DNA of 64,000 bases from Macrostomum lignano (taxonomy: Eukaryota): NCBI GenBank assembly GCA_002269645.1, contig NIVC01000199.1, positions 62,001-126,000 of the forward strand, in the 5' to 3' direction. Both the position numbers and the translations under genes were made by a program. A model generated the notes under the pieces. That model was given only the letters and a program-made list of their open reading frames with translations, was not told the origin of the DNA and did not search any database. How positions within the stretch are numbered: position 1 is the stretch's first letter; each line of letters opens with the position of its first letter. This document shows positions 10,807 to 23,500 of the stretch, in pieces.

Positions 10807-11450
10807 CAGACACTGAGAAACCACGTCCACATTATCTGAAATTTAGTGGAGGCCCTAACATATAGGCCTAATATCTAACTAGACAAGCAATCTTTTCATT
10901 TTAAGTATACTAGATTTAGGCCTAGTATATTTAGATATAGGCCCTAGAGATCGAAGTTGAGATCCTTTCCTGATTCCGACCCCTAGTACTAATACTAATA
11001 GGGGGCCTAGCCTAGTTATAGGCCTAGCCATGCTAAGGCTAAGCTAGGCTAGGCCTAGGGGTAGACGAGTCTAGGCCTACCTTGATAGGGGCAGTGGGGG
11101 TGTTACACTGCTTTGCTTTATAGATTGAATTTGGCTTTGGCTCCAGTCTTGCTCATTAACTTAGGGCCCAGGCTGTTTATACTAGCCTAGGCCTATAACT
11201 AACTAGGCCTAGTATAGTATGACTGAGGTCTATAACTGTTACTGTTTAAAACTGTTTAAATTGTCTTTAGGCCTATGCCAGACTCTAGCATAGTTTAGGC
11301 TATATTAGTATTAGGACCAATTGCAATTAGGTTAAATATATAGTAGGGCCTAGCCAATGTAGGCCTATTATTAACATTATAAATTAGGACTCATGTTATA
11401 TTAGGCCTAGGCCTATCCTTGCCTAGACATAGGCCTAATAATATTTATTG

Positions 11451-12034
11451 GGCAATCCTACACTTCCGTTCGGTAAATTATTTTGACATTTGAATTCGTA
11501 CCACTGAGTCAAATGACGTCGATTGGCAATGTGTCTATGGCCAAAAGTTTGAGCGAACAGAGTTTAAGGGGGTGTCAGTTTAAGGGAGCTGTTGCTTGTG
11601 AGCTGCTTGTTTTTACCACGTCTCTACCCAACCACGTCTCGGTGAAGTGAACCATCGGCTGCACTTCGTAGATCCTGCGGACCCAATAGTCCACACCAAC
11701 ACCGTGGAGGGCACATGGGCCTACGCGAAGCGCAAGATCTGCAACATGTATGGCACGAGCGACGCTCTCTTTGACGCACACATTGAGGAATTCCTCTGGC
11801 GTCGTCTGTATCCCCAATGTCCATTTGGGGCTATCCTGTACTGGATTGGACATTACTATCCATTGTAGACACCTTAATGACCTGCAGACACACTCTAAGT
11901 GATTATGCACTCTAACAGACTGCTACCATGTTCCACTGTTTCAGTTTTGTTTGGTTACATTGTTATTTAACACGCCTGTTCAAAATTCAGTGTCAAAATA
12001 ATTTACCGAACGGAAGTGTAGGCCTAGGATTGCC
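11451..12034 (+). mobile_element. Internally deleted Merlin (IS1016/ISXO2-like) DNA transposon
   Basis: About 45-bp TIR starting GG (one 5-bp indel); 8-bp TSD atttattg at 11443-11450 and 12035-12042. ORF 11647-11868 VNHRLHFVDPADPIVHTNTVEGTW...HIEEFLWRR matches the Merlin transposase C-terminus. Confidence 0.9.
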
Positions 12035-13094
12035 ATTTATTGATAATAGGGCCTAATGATATTAATTAATTAGTCTTTGATTTGGATGCTTAATAGGCCT
12101 AAATAGGGTTTGTGGTCAATTTTTTCAAATAAATAGGCATAGTTAAGAGACCCTTACCTTAGCTAGCCCTAAGCCTAAGCCTATAGCTGAAGTGCATTAT
12201 GATCTATTATATTTAATCTTATAATAATGAAGCTTTCAAAGTTTTACTAAACTAAGCCTACTAGAGAGAAAATTATGATAATAATTTTCAATACCTATCA
12301 GGCATTAGCTATATTATTCACAAGAAAACATATAATGCTATATACTCGTAGTATATTACTACTTTGAGTAAGTCTAATAAATTTTGCTATTTCTAGTTCA
12401 GTTTGCCTCAATATAGAATCATATTAAAAATTCTTTATACATCTTTTTTATGTAGTTACATTGCTATAGGCAAAGCTATATATATATAAAAATAACATTA
12501 TATGATATTAAAAAATAACATTTTTTATTCTTATATTTCACATTTTTCAAGTTAGTGGATCCTGCAGTTGATTCTACATTTTACTATTCCACTGCGGATT
12601 CTACATTTTACTATGCTATTCTATTCCAATTCTACTATGGGTTTTACATTTTACCAGGTACCTTATTCTAGGCTTTTTTCTAATGTGCCCTAGCCTAGAA
12701 GCCAAGTAAGACCTATAAAAATGCATAAAGATATTACTAGTCTGAAATATTTTATAATTAAGCTATAAAGTATTAAAAGGTTATATGATAGTAAATGCAA
12801 ATTTTGCATATTATTATAGGATACTTTATCTTCATGAGTCATAAGATTTTTACTTGATCTTAATCTCAATAATCAAAATCTTGATACTTTTCTCAATCTT
12901 GATTTTGGTTTTGAGATCTTGAAAAAAAGTCAAGAGTTGTAACTATGTGACTATTGGTAACTATAATATTAATATATTTATATTAGATATATATCAAGTT
13001 ACTGGGCCTAGGCCTAATGAGCTTAATATTATATAATAATTGTTTTTCTTTTTTATTATCATTGTACATATTTAACAAATAACAATATTAGTAT

Positions 13095-13490
13095 TGATCT
13101 CTATACATAAAAATCTAAACTTTGTGTGTGTGTCTGTCTGTTTGTAGACAATTTTGATCGCTATGGACTCCTAAACTGTTTAACCAAATTACACCAAACT
13201 TTATACCCACCCTAAAATTACTACTGAAAATGTCTTTAGGCTACCTTAAAATTTCCTAAATTCAAGTCTTCCTACCTAAAAGTGCAAAAAACTGCTCAAA
13301 ATGTGCAATTCTAATATATCTTTTTTTACTAAATCCTCCATAGTGTCACTCCCCTTCTACCAATCCTCTTCAAATTTGACACAAACAATCTTCAATTATT
13401 TTGACACTATCGTGTAAAATTTCGAGTCTCAAAGTTAATTCTGAATGGTGCTGTGCACTTTAAAATTAGGTTGCTTTTTCAGTGAGGCAG
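13095..13490 (+). mobile_element. Possible DINE/HINE-like non-autonomous Helitron-type repeat
   Basis: Starts tctatacataaaaa followed by gtgtctgtctgtttgt...ctcctaaac...accaaact, an arrangement recalled from DINE-1-like elements; no terminal hairpin confirmed. Confidence 0.3.
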
Positions 13491-13649
13491 CCACCCCAAC
13501 CTCCACCCGCCTGCCTCTCTTTCCCAATCTGGGCTCAGATGTATAAAAGGGATTATAAAATTGACTAACTTTTGGCTACCATAGGTTTGTTCCACATGAA
13601 GCAATTGACTTCAAACTTGACAATTCTTCATTGACTTATTCTCTGTCAA

Positions 13650-14400
13650 TGAGAGAAGAGAGAAGAGGGGAGAGAGGAGAGAGGAGAGAGGAAAGAAGAA
13701 GAGATGAAAAGAGACAAGAAGAAAGGAGAAAGGAAAGAGAGTCCTGAGTCAAAAAAAGAGAAGAGAGAAGAGTATAGAGGAGAGAGGTGAGAGAACATAT
13801 GAGAGTAAAGATGACAGATGAGAGTAGAAAGATAGGAGAGCAGAAACGAGAGTGAAAAGAAGAGAGATAGGAGAGTAGAAAGAGAAGAAGAGAGATAAGA
13901 AATGAGAGATGGGAGGTGAGACAAGGGAGAGAGAAGTGAGTGAGAAGAGAGGAAGGAAGGGGGTGAATTGAGAGGACAGGGGAAATAAGAGAAAGGACGA
14001 GAGAGGAGAAAAAAGAGGGGAGAGATTAGAGAGAAGGAGGGGAGAGATTAGAGAGGAGAAGAGAGATGAGACAGGAGAGAGCAGAGATAGAGGAGAGAGA
14101 GCAGAGAGAAATGAGAAGAGATAACAGAAAAAAGATAAAAGGAGAGATAAGAGAGCAAAGACGAGAGAGAAAAGAGGTGAGGGAAGAGACAATAGAAGAG
14201 ATGAGAGAAGAGAGAAGAGAGGAAAAAGAAGAGAGGAGAAATGAAGGAAGTGTTGAGAGAGGGTAGAACAAGGAGTGAGAAGAGTAGAGAGGGAAGAGAC
14301 AAGAGAAGAGGGGAGAGAGGAGAGAGGAGAGAAGAAAGAAGAGATGAGAAGAGAAAAAAGACAAGAGAGAAAAGAGACAGAAGAGAGGATAGAATTTCAA
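13650..14400. repeat. GA-rich (polypurine) low-complexity tract
   Basis: Almost pure G/A on the + strand; explains the spurious Leu/Ser-rich ORFs. Confidence 0.95.
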
Positions 14401-15208
14401 AGGATGCAAAGGACATAGGGAGAGGCAGAGGTAGAGGCCAAAGTTTGCCTGACATTCTGCACAGCACCCCAGCCAACAATATCAATGTTTGCTTCAAATC
14501 CTAATTTTACACAAATGTACTCTATTTTATGTTTAACTCTATCTTAAATTCCTAACTATTGATATTAATGAGTTTTTGTTTGAGTATGACTTCAGATTTA
14601 AGAATATATGCAAAAATAGTTCCGGGATTAGAGTTTCCCGGGTTCAAAATCCATGGGTTTCAATAGCTTATATATATTAAAAATAGTGTAAATAGGCTTA
14701 AATAGGTTTTTAGACTTAGATCTAGGTCTCTCTAACTATTTTAAGTTTTGTTATAATTATGGTCTATAAAATATAGCTTTTTGATTCTTAAGTTTTACTA
14801 AAACTTATAAAACTAGCTAGGAGAATTCAAAAGTTGTATAACAACCTTTTTAGACAAAAGTCAATTTGTTCTGAATAAAGCATTTTGGACTAAAGAATAA
14901 ATTCAAATATGTTCCAAAAAGTCTAGTGCTATTTGTCCAAATGTAGGTCCTATATAAGTAATCAAAGAAGCAAATAAAAAAGAGAATCAAGCAAATTAAG
15001 TAGTTCAAGCCAAATATTTAAATTGCATGTAGAGCAAAGCAATATTTTAGAAGGCTCTCTAAATAGAGTTATTTAACATTTTTGGAGAACTATTTTGCAC
15101 CAACTGGGTCAAAATTGGAGAGGTTGCACATGTACAAGCAAATGAGTATATGACCTGCACCACTATGAGCATATATATTATATATTATAAGTGTCAGGTT
15201 GTTTAGAT

Positions 15209-15610
15209 AAGGGGTTGGCAAGCTTTTTACCTCAGGGTCAGATGGAGAATATAGTGCATACGTGCGAGCCAGAGGAGAGAGAGCAGAGGGAATAGAGAAG
15301 AGAAGACAGGAGAGAGAAAAGGTGGGAGAGGGGAGATGGGAGAGGAGAGATTGGAGAGGAGAGAAGAAAAGTGAGAGGAGAGAAGGGATAGGAGAGAAAG
15401 GAGATGAGAGAAGTCGGGAATGAAGAGAGGGGAGAGAAGAGTGGAGAGAAGGGAGAGGAGAGAAAGGAGAGAGGAGATTATTAGAGAGCTGAGAGCTAAG
15501 CTGAGAAGAGACGCAAACTTTGAGCGCCCCGGATTGCTATTGTGAAGTTTAAAGGACCCAATGGTTGAATAGAGAGGCTTGGCCCGCGGGCTAGAGTTTG
15601 CCAACCCCTG
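15209..15610 (+). mobile_element. hAT-like MITE, second full copy of the 7367 family
   Basis: TIR aggggttggcaa / ttgccaacccct; TSD gtttagat / gtttagac (7/8); shared subterminal ccggattgctattgtgaag. Confidence 0.85.
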
Positions 15611-15751
15611 GTTTAGACAAAGGTGCTGGTCTTTGTTGTAGAAAAGCTTTTATAAGAATTCCAACATTTGTACTGATTGATAATTTTGAAGCGTTTGTCA
15701 ATCAGCAATTTTTAAATAGTTATGTTTTTTCCAGAAACATCTCCAAGTGAA

Positions 15752-17820
15752 ATGGCATCGGGAGACACTGGGTCCTCCGATGTGGAACTCGTTTATTTTA
15801 AACGATGCACCGACAAGCTCATGTCAGCATCTACCTCAGCTGCAAAGGTAAGTCCTGTCTTTTTACTGGCTAGTATTAAACTGGGTTTCAAATGCATAGC
15901 ATAACTATGCTAGCTATGCTATCGCTCAAGGTTTGTGTCCTCTCTATTCTCCTATTATCCTCTTTCCTTTCTCTCCTCTCCCTCCTCTCGTCTCATTCTC
16001 TTCCCTCCCCTTCTCTAGGCTCTCTAGAGCTAGGCTCTCCATCTGGCCCCTTGAGATAAAATTTTCCCAACGCTTGAGCTTGGACAATCTAAAATATTTA
16101 AAAAAATATTGACTCTAATAATCCGACCAAACATTTCCAAATTGCCAAAATGAAACTTAAAACGTTAAATCAGCATCGAAATCAATCCCTTCAGAAGCTG
16201 GATTTGCTCAGGCGCCTACGCCAGGTCAAGGTGAACATGCAGGTGCTAGCCAGCAGTGGCATTGGCAAAGCTGTCAACGCTTGTCGCGACGGCTCGCGCA
16301 GCGAACTTGACACGGTTGCCACCGAGCTTGTTAACAATTGGAAACGAATTGTTGACTCGGCCTTGACTCAACGACCGGAATTGCTCAGCCAGCCCTTGCC
16401 AGCTGTTGCCGAGGTGACTTCCACAGCTAAACAAAAATCCAGTCCTAGCTTTAGTACCGAACCGATTTCGAAGATTGGCAATTCTTCTAATTCTTTTATT
16501 GCTTCCAATTCGGATTCTAAGAAATCAGGCGACGATTCTAGGAAACCGAATGGCGATTCTAAGAAATCTGTCAAAGAGTCCATAAAGCAAGAAATAAGCC
16601 ACTCGGCTTCTTCTGCTAACCAATCAAGCAGTTGTCTTGAGTCAAAGAAGAAGCCCAGTGAGTTGGACAAGTCCGAACAATCTTCAGGTAAAATTGCTGC
16701 TAAGCCGGGCGTGTCTTTCAGTTTGCCACCGCCTGTTCCTCCCGCTACTACGGAAGATTCGACTCGCTCGAGTTCATCTTGTAAGGCCAAGAAGAAGAAG
16801 AAAAAGAACAGACCAGAATCCAGTTTAGGCGAATTCGATAATACGACAGGATTAACATTCGGCGACTGCCTAGAGCTGGCCGCCTCGAAGCGACCAGACA
16901 AGAAAAAGAAGAAAAAGAAGCAGAAAGCTGAGGCATTGCCTCAACTGCCGTCAGAATTGGACTTGGGAATTAGCGAAGACCCAGCAATAGCTGCCAAATC
17001 GGCAGCTTCATTGAAGCAAAACTCAACAACAGAGGACAATAATGACGGATTGGCTATTCCGTTGAAATTTCACACTCGAACAGCTGTTTACTCGGGCAGA
17101 TCGCGTAGCGTGTACGACACTGTGCCGACTCTGAAACAGGCCTGTCTTGATTATCTTGCCGCTCACTTGGACTGGCTGGGTGCCATGGGGCCAGGCGTGC
17201 CCTATCACGTGATCAAGCCTGTCTTAGCCAAATGCAACGTGGAGCAACTGGAACGCCTAGAAGGTCACAATCCTCATTTAATTGGCGACGATGACGAACT
17301 GTGGCAGTTGCACTTCATGCGCGATTTCCCCGATGTCCAATTAATCGAGGATGACGGCGCCAGCTCCAACTCGGCGCCGTGGCGCCGGCGCTATACAAAA
17401 TCGAGGCGCAAACAGCAGGCAAAGCTGCAAAGCATAACGGAACGATTAGCTAATACCCAGGCTCAGGCGCGCAGCCAGCAGCGTAAAACTATGTTCACGC
17501 TAATTGACAAGCCGCCGCAGCGCAAGCGAAATCGGCATCGCGACGATTCGGAGGCGCCTTCGTTGAAATTTTCCAATTCAAGCAAGACCGCGCGTAGTTC
17601 AGCAAATCCTGAGCGTGCTCAGCTAGTTGAGCAGTTGTCTCAGCACATATTGCCAACCGCTTCGGCGCCAATGTCGGTGCACAGCGGCGGAGGCGGCGGC
17701 AAGTCCTCGGGTGCGTCAACCTCTGGCGGGGCTCGGGGTTCTACTAAATCCGCTCCGCTGATGAGCAAGACGCTGAAACAAGTGAAACGACTCAAAGCTA
17801 GCGGTTATTATCGGGTGTGA
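15752..17820 (+). CDS. ELOA: Elongin A, about 573 aa; exons 15752-15847 and 16195-17820
   Basis: N-terminal TFIIS-N domain (LLRRLRQVKVNMQVLASSGIGKAVN...LVNNWK), VYSG motif, BC-box VPTLKQAC, PVLAKC..EQLERLE..NPHL..DDELW; AAG|GTAAGT donor, phase 0; AATAAA just after the stop. Confidence 0.9.
15950..16075 (-). mobile_element. Partial copy of the hAT-like GA-rich MITE in the ELOA intron
   Basis: Reverse complement ...ttttatctcaaggggccagatggagagcctag... matches the 5' end of the copies at 15209 and about 50195. Confidence 0.55.
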
Positions 17821-17917
17821 AAAATCGATAAAATAAATAAATGAAATGTCGCTTGCTAATTCAATACTGATTTTTAGTCATCAGTGCTACACGTGGGTTA
17901 TATAATTTAGTTATGAA

Positions 17918-19172
17918 CATACCAAGGACCACTAGAAAGGGAAGGACGGGACACTTCGTTTCTTGGAAAATTTATTAAAGGCTGATGTTCACGGAAAATG
18001 CACTAGCGAGATAGCAACTTTTCACTTTTTTCATTTTAAATTGGTGATAGCTTTTTATTGAAAGCAGATACAGAGCTCTTCTTTTGATGTAACTTACAAA
18101 ACATGTTGCTTCGACGGATTTTATAAAGATTTTTTCATGAATAATTGATCTTTATATTATTTTAGTTACTAGCTATATTATGCAGCAATTATAGTCTAAA
18201 GCTAACTACTGACTAACTTGAATTTTACAATATCTGTTTAATCGAATGCATCTATTTATTAGCAATATATAATTAAAAAACACTGATTAAGAAATATAGA
18301 ATAGCTAGCCAAATTAAAGATAATAGCTATTAATATAATAAAAGCCTAAGTTTAAAAATAAAAGGGAACAAGCTTGGTTAAAATCATTTGCTTGGATTCA
18401 TACATTTATTTATTATAAAATTATGTCAATTCTTAGTAAAATAGATCCTGTCTTGATAAACATGTAACTAGGTCTAGGCATAGCTAGTATTGCTAGCTAC
18501 ATATTTAAATGCTTATTTTATATAAAAAGTATAAAACTAAAATTAAAAAGCAATGAATTAAGCATATAATTATAGCCAACTGTTTTTTAATGATATATTG
18601 CTAATAAATAGATGCATTCGATTAAACAGATATTGTAAAATTCAAGTTAGTCAGTAGTTAGCTTTAGACTATAATTGCTGCATAATATAGCTAGTAACTA
18701 AAATAATATGAAGATCAATTATTCATGAAGAAATCTTTATAGAACCCGTCGAAGCAACATGTTTTGTAAGTTATATCAAAAGAAGAGCTTTGTATCTGCT
18801 TCCAATAAAAAGCTATCACCAATTTAAAATGAAAAAAGTGAAAAGTTCCTATCTCGCTAGTGCATTTTTCCGTGAACATCAGCCTTTAATAAATTTTCCA
18901 AGAAACGGAGTGTCCCATCCTTCTTCTTCTAGTGGTCCTTGGAACATACATGCGCAACCCCCTGGATTTACACCGGCCGTATGACTTGCTTTTTGACCAA
19001 AAATGCAACTTACCTACGAAAGCAACCTAAGCAAAATTAACGTGATTTTAGGCAGACGGCTAGAGTAACTATGACCATATTGTTAAGGCTAAATGCCTCG
19101 TCATCTAATTAGTAGTACGTTTGGTTTTCGAGTGTGCATTTTTGCGACTTACCTGGGTGTTGCGCATGTATG
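17918..19172. mobile_element. Second copy of the CATACATGCRCAAC MITE (28S-like segment), split by the foldback insertion
   Basis: TSD gttatgaa at 17910-17917 and 19173-19180; left TIR split as catac [insertion] atgcgcaac; right TIR gttgcgcatgtatg. Confidence 0.8.
17923..18941. mobile_element. Long-TIR foldback element (P/Galileo-like)
   Basis: About 360-bp inverted arms (17923-18282 and 18581-18941) around an AT-rich spacer; ends CAAGG...CCTTG; 8-bp TSD gaacatac at 17915-17922 and 18942-18949. Confidence 0.9.
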
Positions 19173-20219
19173 GTTATGAATTTGGACCAGAACTGCTTGC
19201 AATGGTAGGGCTTATCAAAGTTATTAATTTTGCTGGATTTTGTATAATTTAACAACTTTAAACTTTCTATGCTGTTGATTCATTTTAAAAAGTCTATTCT
19301 TGTACAAAAATGTGATTTTTTTATTTTTGTCATCAATCCATTTTTTGTGTTTTTTTTCCTATATTGAGTTTTTATTATTCGCAACTGGGTAAAGCTGTCA
19401 TATGAAATGTCATAGTTCCATGCGTGTCTTCTGTGCTTTCAGTGTTGACAAGAGAGCATCGCTATTCATTTTGGTAGCAATCTAGCATTGCTAGATCGGG
19501 GCGCTAATGCCTTTTACCATCTGACACAAACAGGATTTCGCTTTTTATCCACTCTCAATCACATTTCTTAACCACATCGCTATCCTGCTATTTAAAATTG
19601 TTTTTTTGTCATTGAATTTATTTTATTATAAGCTTCTTAAGTTTATTTTGAGTCAGTTATAGTATTATTGTAGTAAACTGTGAAATTATGACACTATATT
19701 ATTTATAGCTTATACTACTTGCTAGTAGTTTTCTAAAACTATCTTTTTGCTACAGTGTACAATTTCATTTGGCTTAAATTTTTTTCCATAAGTTTTGCAC
19801 CTCTCAACGCGGTGTTGGTGTTGCTATCTGTGTCAATGCCTTCCCTACATCAGCTTGCTTAAGTCTTTCCTACTGTGCGCTTCTGCTCGGTTTGTTTTAA
19901 AGAAAAAAATAGCACAGTAATATGTTCTGAACATGGGTTACTGCCTACGTCTGATATTGGTTCTACACTGCATTGGTCCTATCATACCCGATTTTTAGTT
20001 ATTTTTGCTTCATAATTGTGTTTAATTGTGTTAACACTTTTATAAGTTCCGAAAAAAAGAAATAAAAATTAGTAATATGTATGTGAGTGCCTCCTGCAAT
20101 CCAATACTATTTAACCGGTTTTCAAATCCAATAGTTACTCAAATTTGATGATTTTTTGTGAATAATTTTCCTTTTTTGTAGTTTACGACACTGTTGTAGG
20201 CTCTCAGAGATAGATTTTC

Positions 20220-20512
20220 AGTAGACTGCTGGGTACTCAGGCAAGTATGTGTTGGGTAGACTAGTAAGTACTTAGGTAGACAGGTAGATTTTCAGTAGAT
20301 TGATGAGGGCTCATTTAGTTAGGCACTCAGACAGGTAGGTGTTTGGGTAGACTGTTGTGTACTCAGGTAGACAGGTAGGAGTTTGGGTAGACTGTTGTGT
20401 ACTCAGGTAGACAGGTAGGAGTTTGGGTAGACTGTTTTGTACTCAGGTAGACAGGTAGGAGTTTGGGTAGACTGTTGGGTACTCAATTAGATAGGTAGGT
20501 GTTTGGGTAGAC
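20220..20512. repeat. About 40-bp minisatellite immediately upstream of EFTUD2
   Basis: Unit gtagactgttgtgtactcaggtagacaggtaggagtttgg, about 4 good copies plus degenerate ones. Confidence 0.85.
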
Positions 20513-20590
20513 TTACTTCGGTAGACAGGAATGAACTTGATGAACTCTTACGTACTGCAGAGTTAATGCAACAACCGAACCGTTTCCTGC

Positions 20591-23500
20591 ATGGACGGCG
20601 AGGACCTCTACGACGAGTTCGGCAACTACATCGGGCCGGACTTGGCTTCCGATGATGACGACGACGATGACGAAGTCGAAATCGGTCATCGCGGCGGCCA
20701 CGGTCGACCCGGCGACGATGGCGACGACGATTTTGATGAAGAGGAAGGCGACGATGATGAGGCTGCTGATGCTGGAGTCGCTGGCTCGTCTGGCCTGGCT
20801 CTGGGCAAAGGTGACGAAGATTCCGAGATGCGAGTTGTTCTGCACGAAGATAAAAAGTACTATCCGTCCGCTGCCGAGGTAAAGTGTGTTCTAATTTTTG
20901 TCGGTCTACCGATATGTATCGAATGTTGACGTTACATTTTGAGCTTTGATCCACATATTTGCTATATAGGATGATTTTATACAGAATTTCAATTATTAAA
21001 GTTTTGTTGATAAGTATCGTAAACCAAGTAACTTAACTACCGATATTTATCAAAAATAAAGTAACTTAAGTACCGATATGTATCGAAAATAAAGTAACTT
21101 AAGTACCGATATGTATTGAATATAAAGTAACTTGAGTACCGATATGTATAGAAAAAAAGTAACTTGAGTACCGATATGTATCGAAAATAAAGTAACTTAA
21201 GTACCAATACGTACCGAAAATAAAGTAACTTAAGTACCAATACGTACCGAAAATAAAGTAACTTAAGTACCTATATGTATCGAAAATCGAGTAATTTAAC
21301 TATTGATCTGTATCGATTTTAATCACATTATTAATTACAAAATACAACGCAGGTCTACGGACCGGACGTGGAGACTCTGGTGCAGGAGGAAGACGCCCAG
21401 CCTCTCACTGAGCCCATCATCGCACCCATACGCACTAAACGGGTGTACTTTCGCGAGCGATCCGACGTGCCCAGAACCACATTTGACTGGGAGTTTCTAA
21501 CCGACCTGATGGACAGCCCCAAATTAATTCGTTGCCTAGCCGTTGCCGGGCACCTGCATCACGGCAAGACCTGCCTGCTTGACTGCCTGGTCGAGCTCAC
21601 GCATCCTGATGTTCGTGCAACAGCCTCTGACGTGGCCGACGGTCGCGCCGAGCTGGCATTCACGCACAGCCTTCGAGTTGAATGCGAGCGCGGTCTGTCT
21701 GTGAAGTGCTGCCCGTTGAGCCTGCTGCTGCCCGACTCGCGCGGCAAGTCGCACCTCGTCAATCTGATGGACACGCCCGGGCATCCGTGCTTCGCAGACG
21801 AACAGGCCGCAGCTTATCGCCTGTGCGACGCTGTGCTGCTGGTTGTGTGCGCGGCAGAGGGCGCCATGCTGGGCACGGAGCGGGCCATTCAGCAGGCAAT
21901 GCAGCACGGCCTGCCGCTGATTCTCTGCATCAACAAAATTGACCGCCTAATCATTGAGCTCAAGCTGCCACCGGCTGATGCTTATCATCGATTGCGTCAT
22001 CTCATCGACGAGATCAACGCGCTGGTGCACACGCACGCTCCGACGCCCGAGCTGGCGCGTCCGCTGACGCCGCTAGACGGCTCGGTGATCTTCGCCTCGT
22101 CTGCATTTCGGTTTTGCTTTAGTCTGGCTTCGTTTGCCAGCTTGTACAAGCAGAAATTCGCGCCCAGGATGGACGCTGGCCAGTTTGCCGAGCGCCTGTG
22201 GGGCGACGTGTACTTTGACGCCAAGACTAGGCGGTTTAGCAGGAATCCGATCTCTGCCGGCGGCAAGAGCCAGCAGGCACAGCAGAGGACCTTTGTTCAG
22301 TTCTGTCTGGAGCCCGTCTATAAGGTTGGCTTTTAGAGTTGAAATTTCGGTGCCTGCCTGTGTTTTGTGTTTTGTAATCAGGGGCCGGCTAAAATAGCTT
22401 AGGCATATATACTTGGTAAAACAGCTTTCTACTTTCAGTTCAGTAGCAAAGAAGAATCCATAAGCTATTTTATAAAAAATAAAGGCAGCTGAAATGACTT
22501 TGATAAGTTTAGAAGCCCAAGCTTGCAGGCGTAAACAACTTGCTAATTGGTTCAGCAGTAATTTACATTAGCCAGTCCACTGAAATGTACATGGCAGCTT
22601 TAGGCTGGCTGGAATTCCGAAAAAGGCAATAAAAATTGGGGCGGGGCGGGCGAGGGGTAGAGTGGAAAGGTGCGATTGGAGGGGTTTAAGCGCTGAGGGG
22701 GCAAGAGCCAATAAATAAGCCTTGGCTTTAAAAATACATTAAAATGCTTCTGTTTAACTTACTACTGAACTGAAAGTAGCTTACACGCAAATGTGCTGAC
22801 TGTCCCATCTAGCTATTCTAGTATCTGTGTGTGAAAGGAGAGGGGCAAGAGATGGAATGAGAGAAAAGATAAGAGAGAAGACAAGGCGGAGAGAAGAGGG
22901 AAGAGTAAGAAGGGAGAGTGGGAAGAGAAGAGGAATAAAAAGCTGAGAAGAAGCACAAGCCTTGAGCGGGCCGGATTGCTATTGTGAAGTTTCAAGGGAC
23001 CTGAGGGCCGGATTCCTGATATAAAACCACAAAAACCTTAAAAAGGGGTGAGCAAATATGTCATCCTGACATTTTGAAAATGGCATCCTGTCAGGGAGGG
23101 TCAATGGCATCCTGACACTATGAATATGACATCCTGACACTTTGAATATGGCATCCTGACACTTTGAATATGACATCCTGACACTTTAAATATGGCATCC
23201 TGACACTATGAATATGGCATCCTGACACTTTGAATATGGCATCCTGACACTATGAATATGGCATCCTGACACTTTGAATATGGCATCCTGACACTTTAAA
23301 TATGGCATCCTGACACTATGAATATGACATCCTGACTCTATGAATATGACATCCTGACACTATGAATATGACATCCTGACACTATGAATATGACATCCTG
23401 ACACTATGAATATGACATCCTGACACTATGAATATGACATCCTGACACTATGAATATGACATCCTGACACTATGAATATGACATCCTGACACTATGAATA

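Noticed and set aside
13646-14504. Leu/Ser/Phe-rich membrane-protein-like and Arg/Glu-rich ORFs
   Set aside because: They derive from a GA low-complexity tract.
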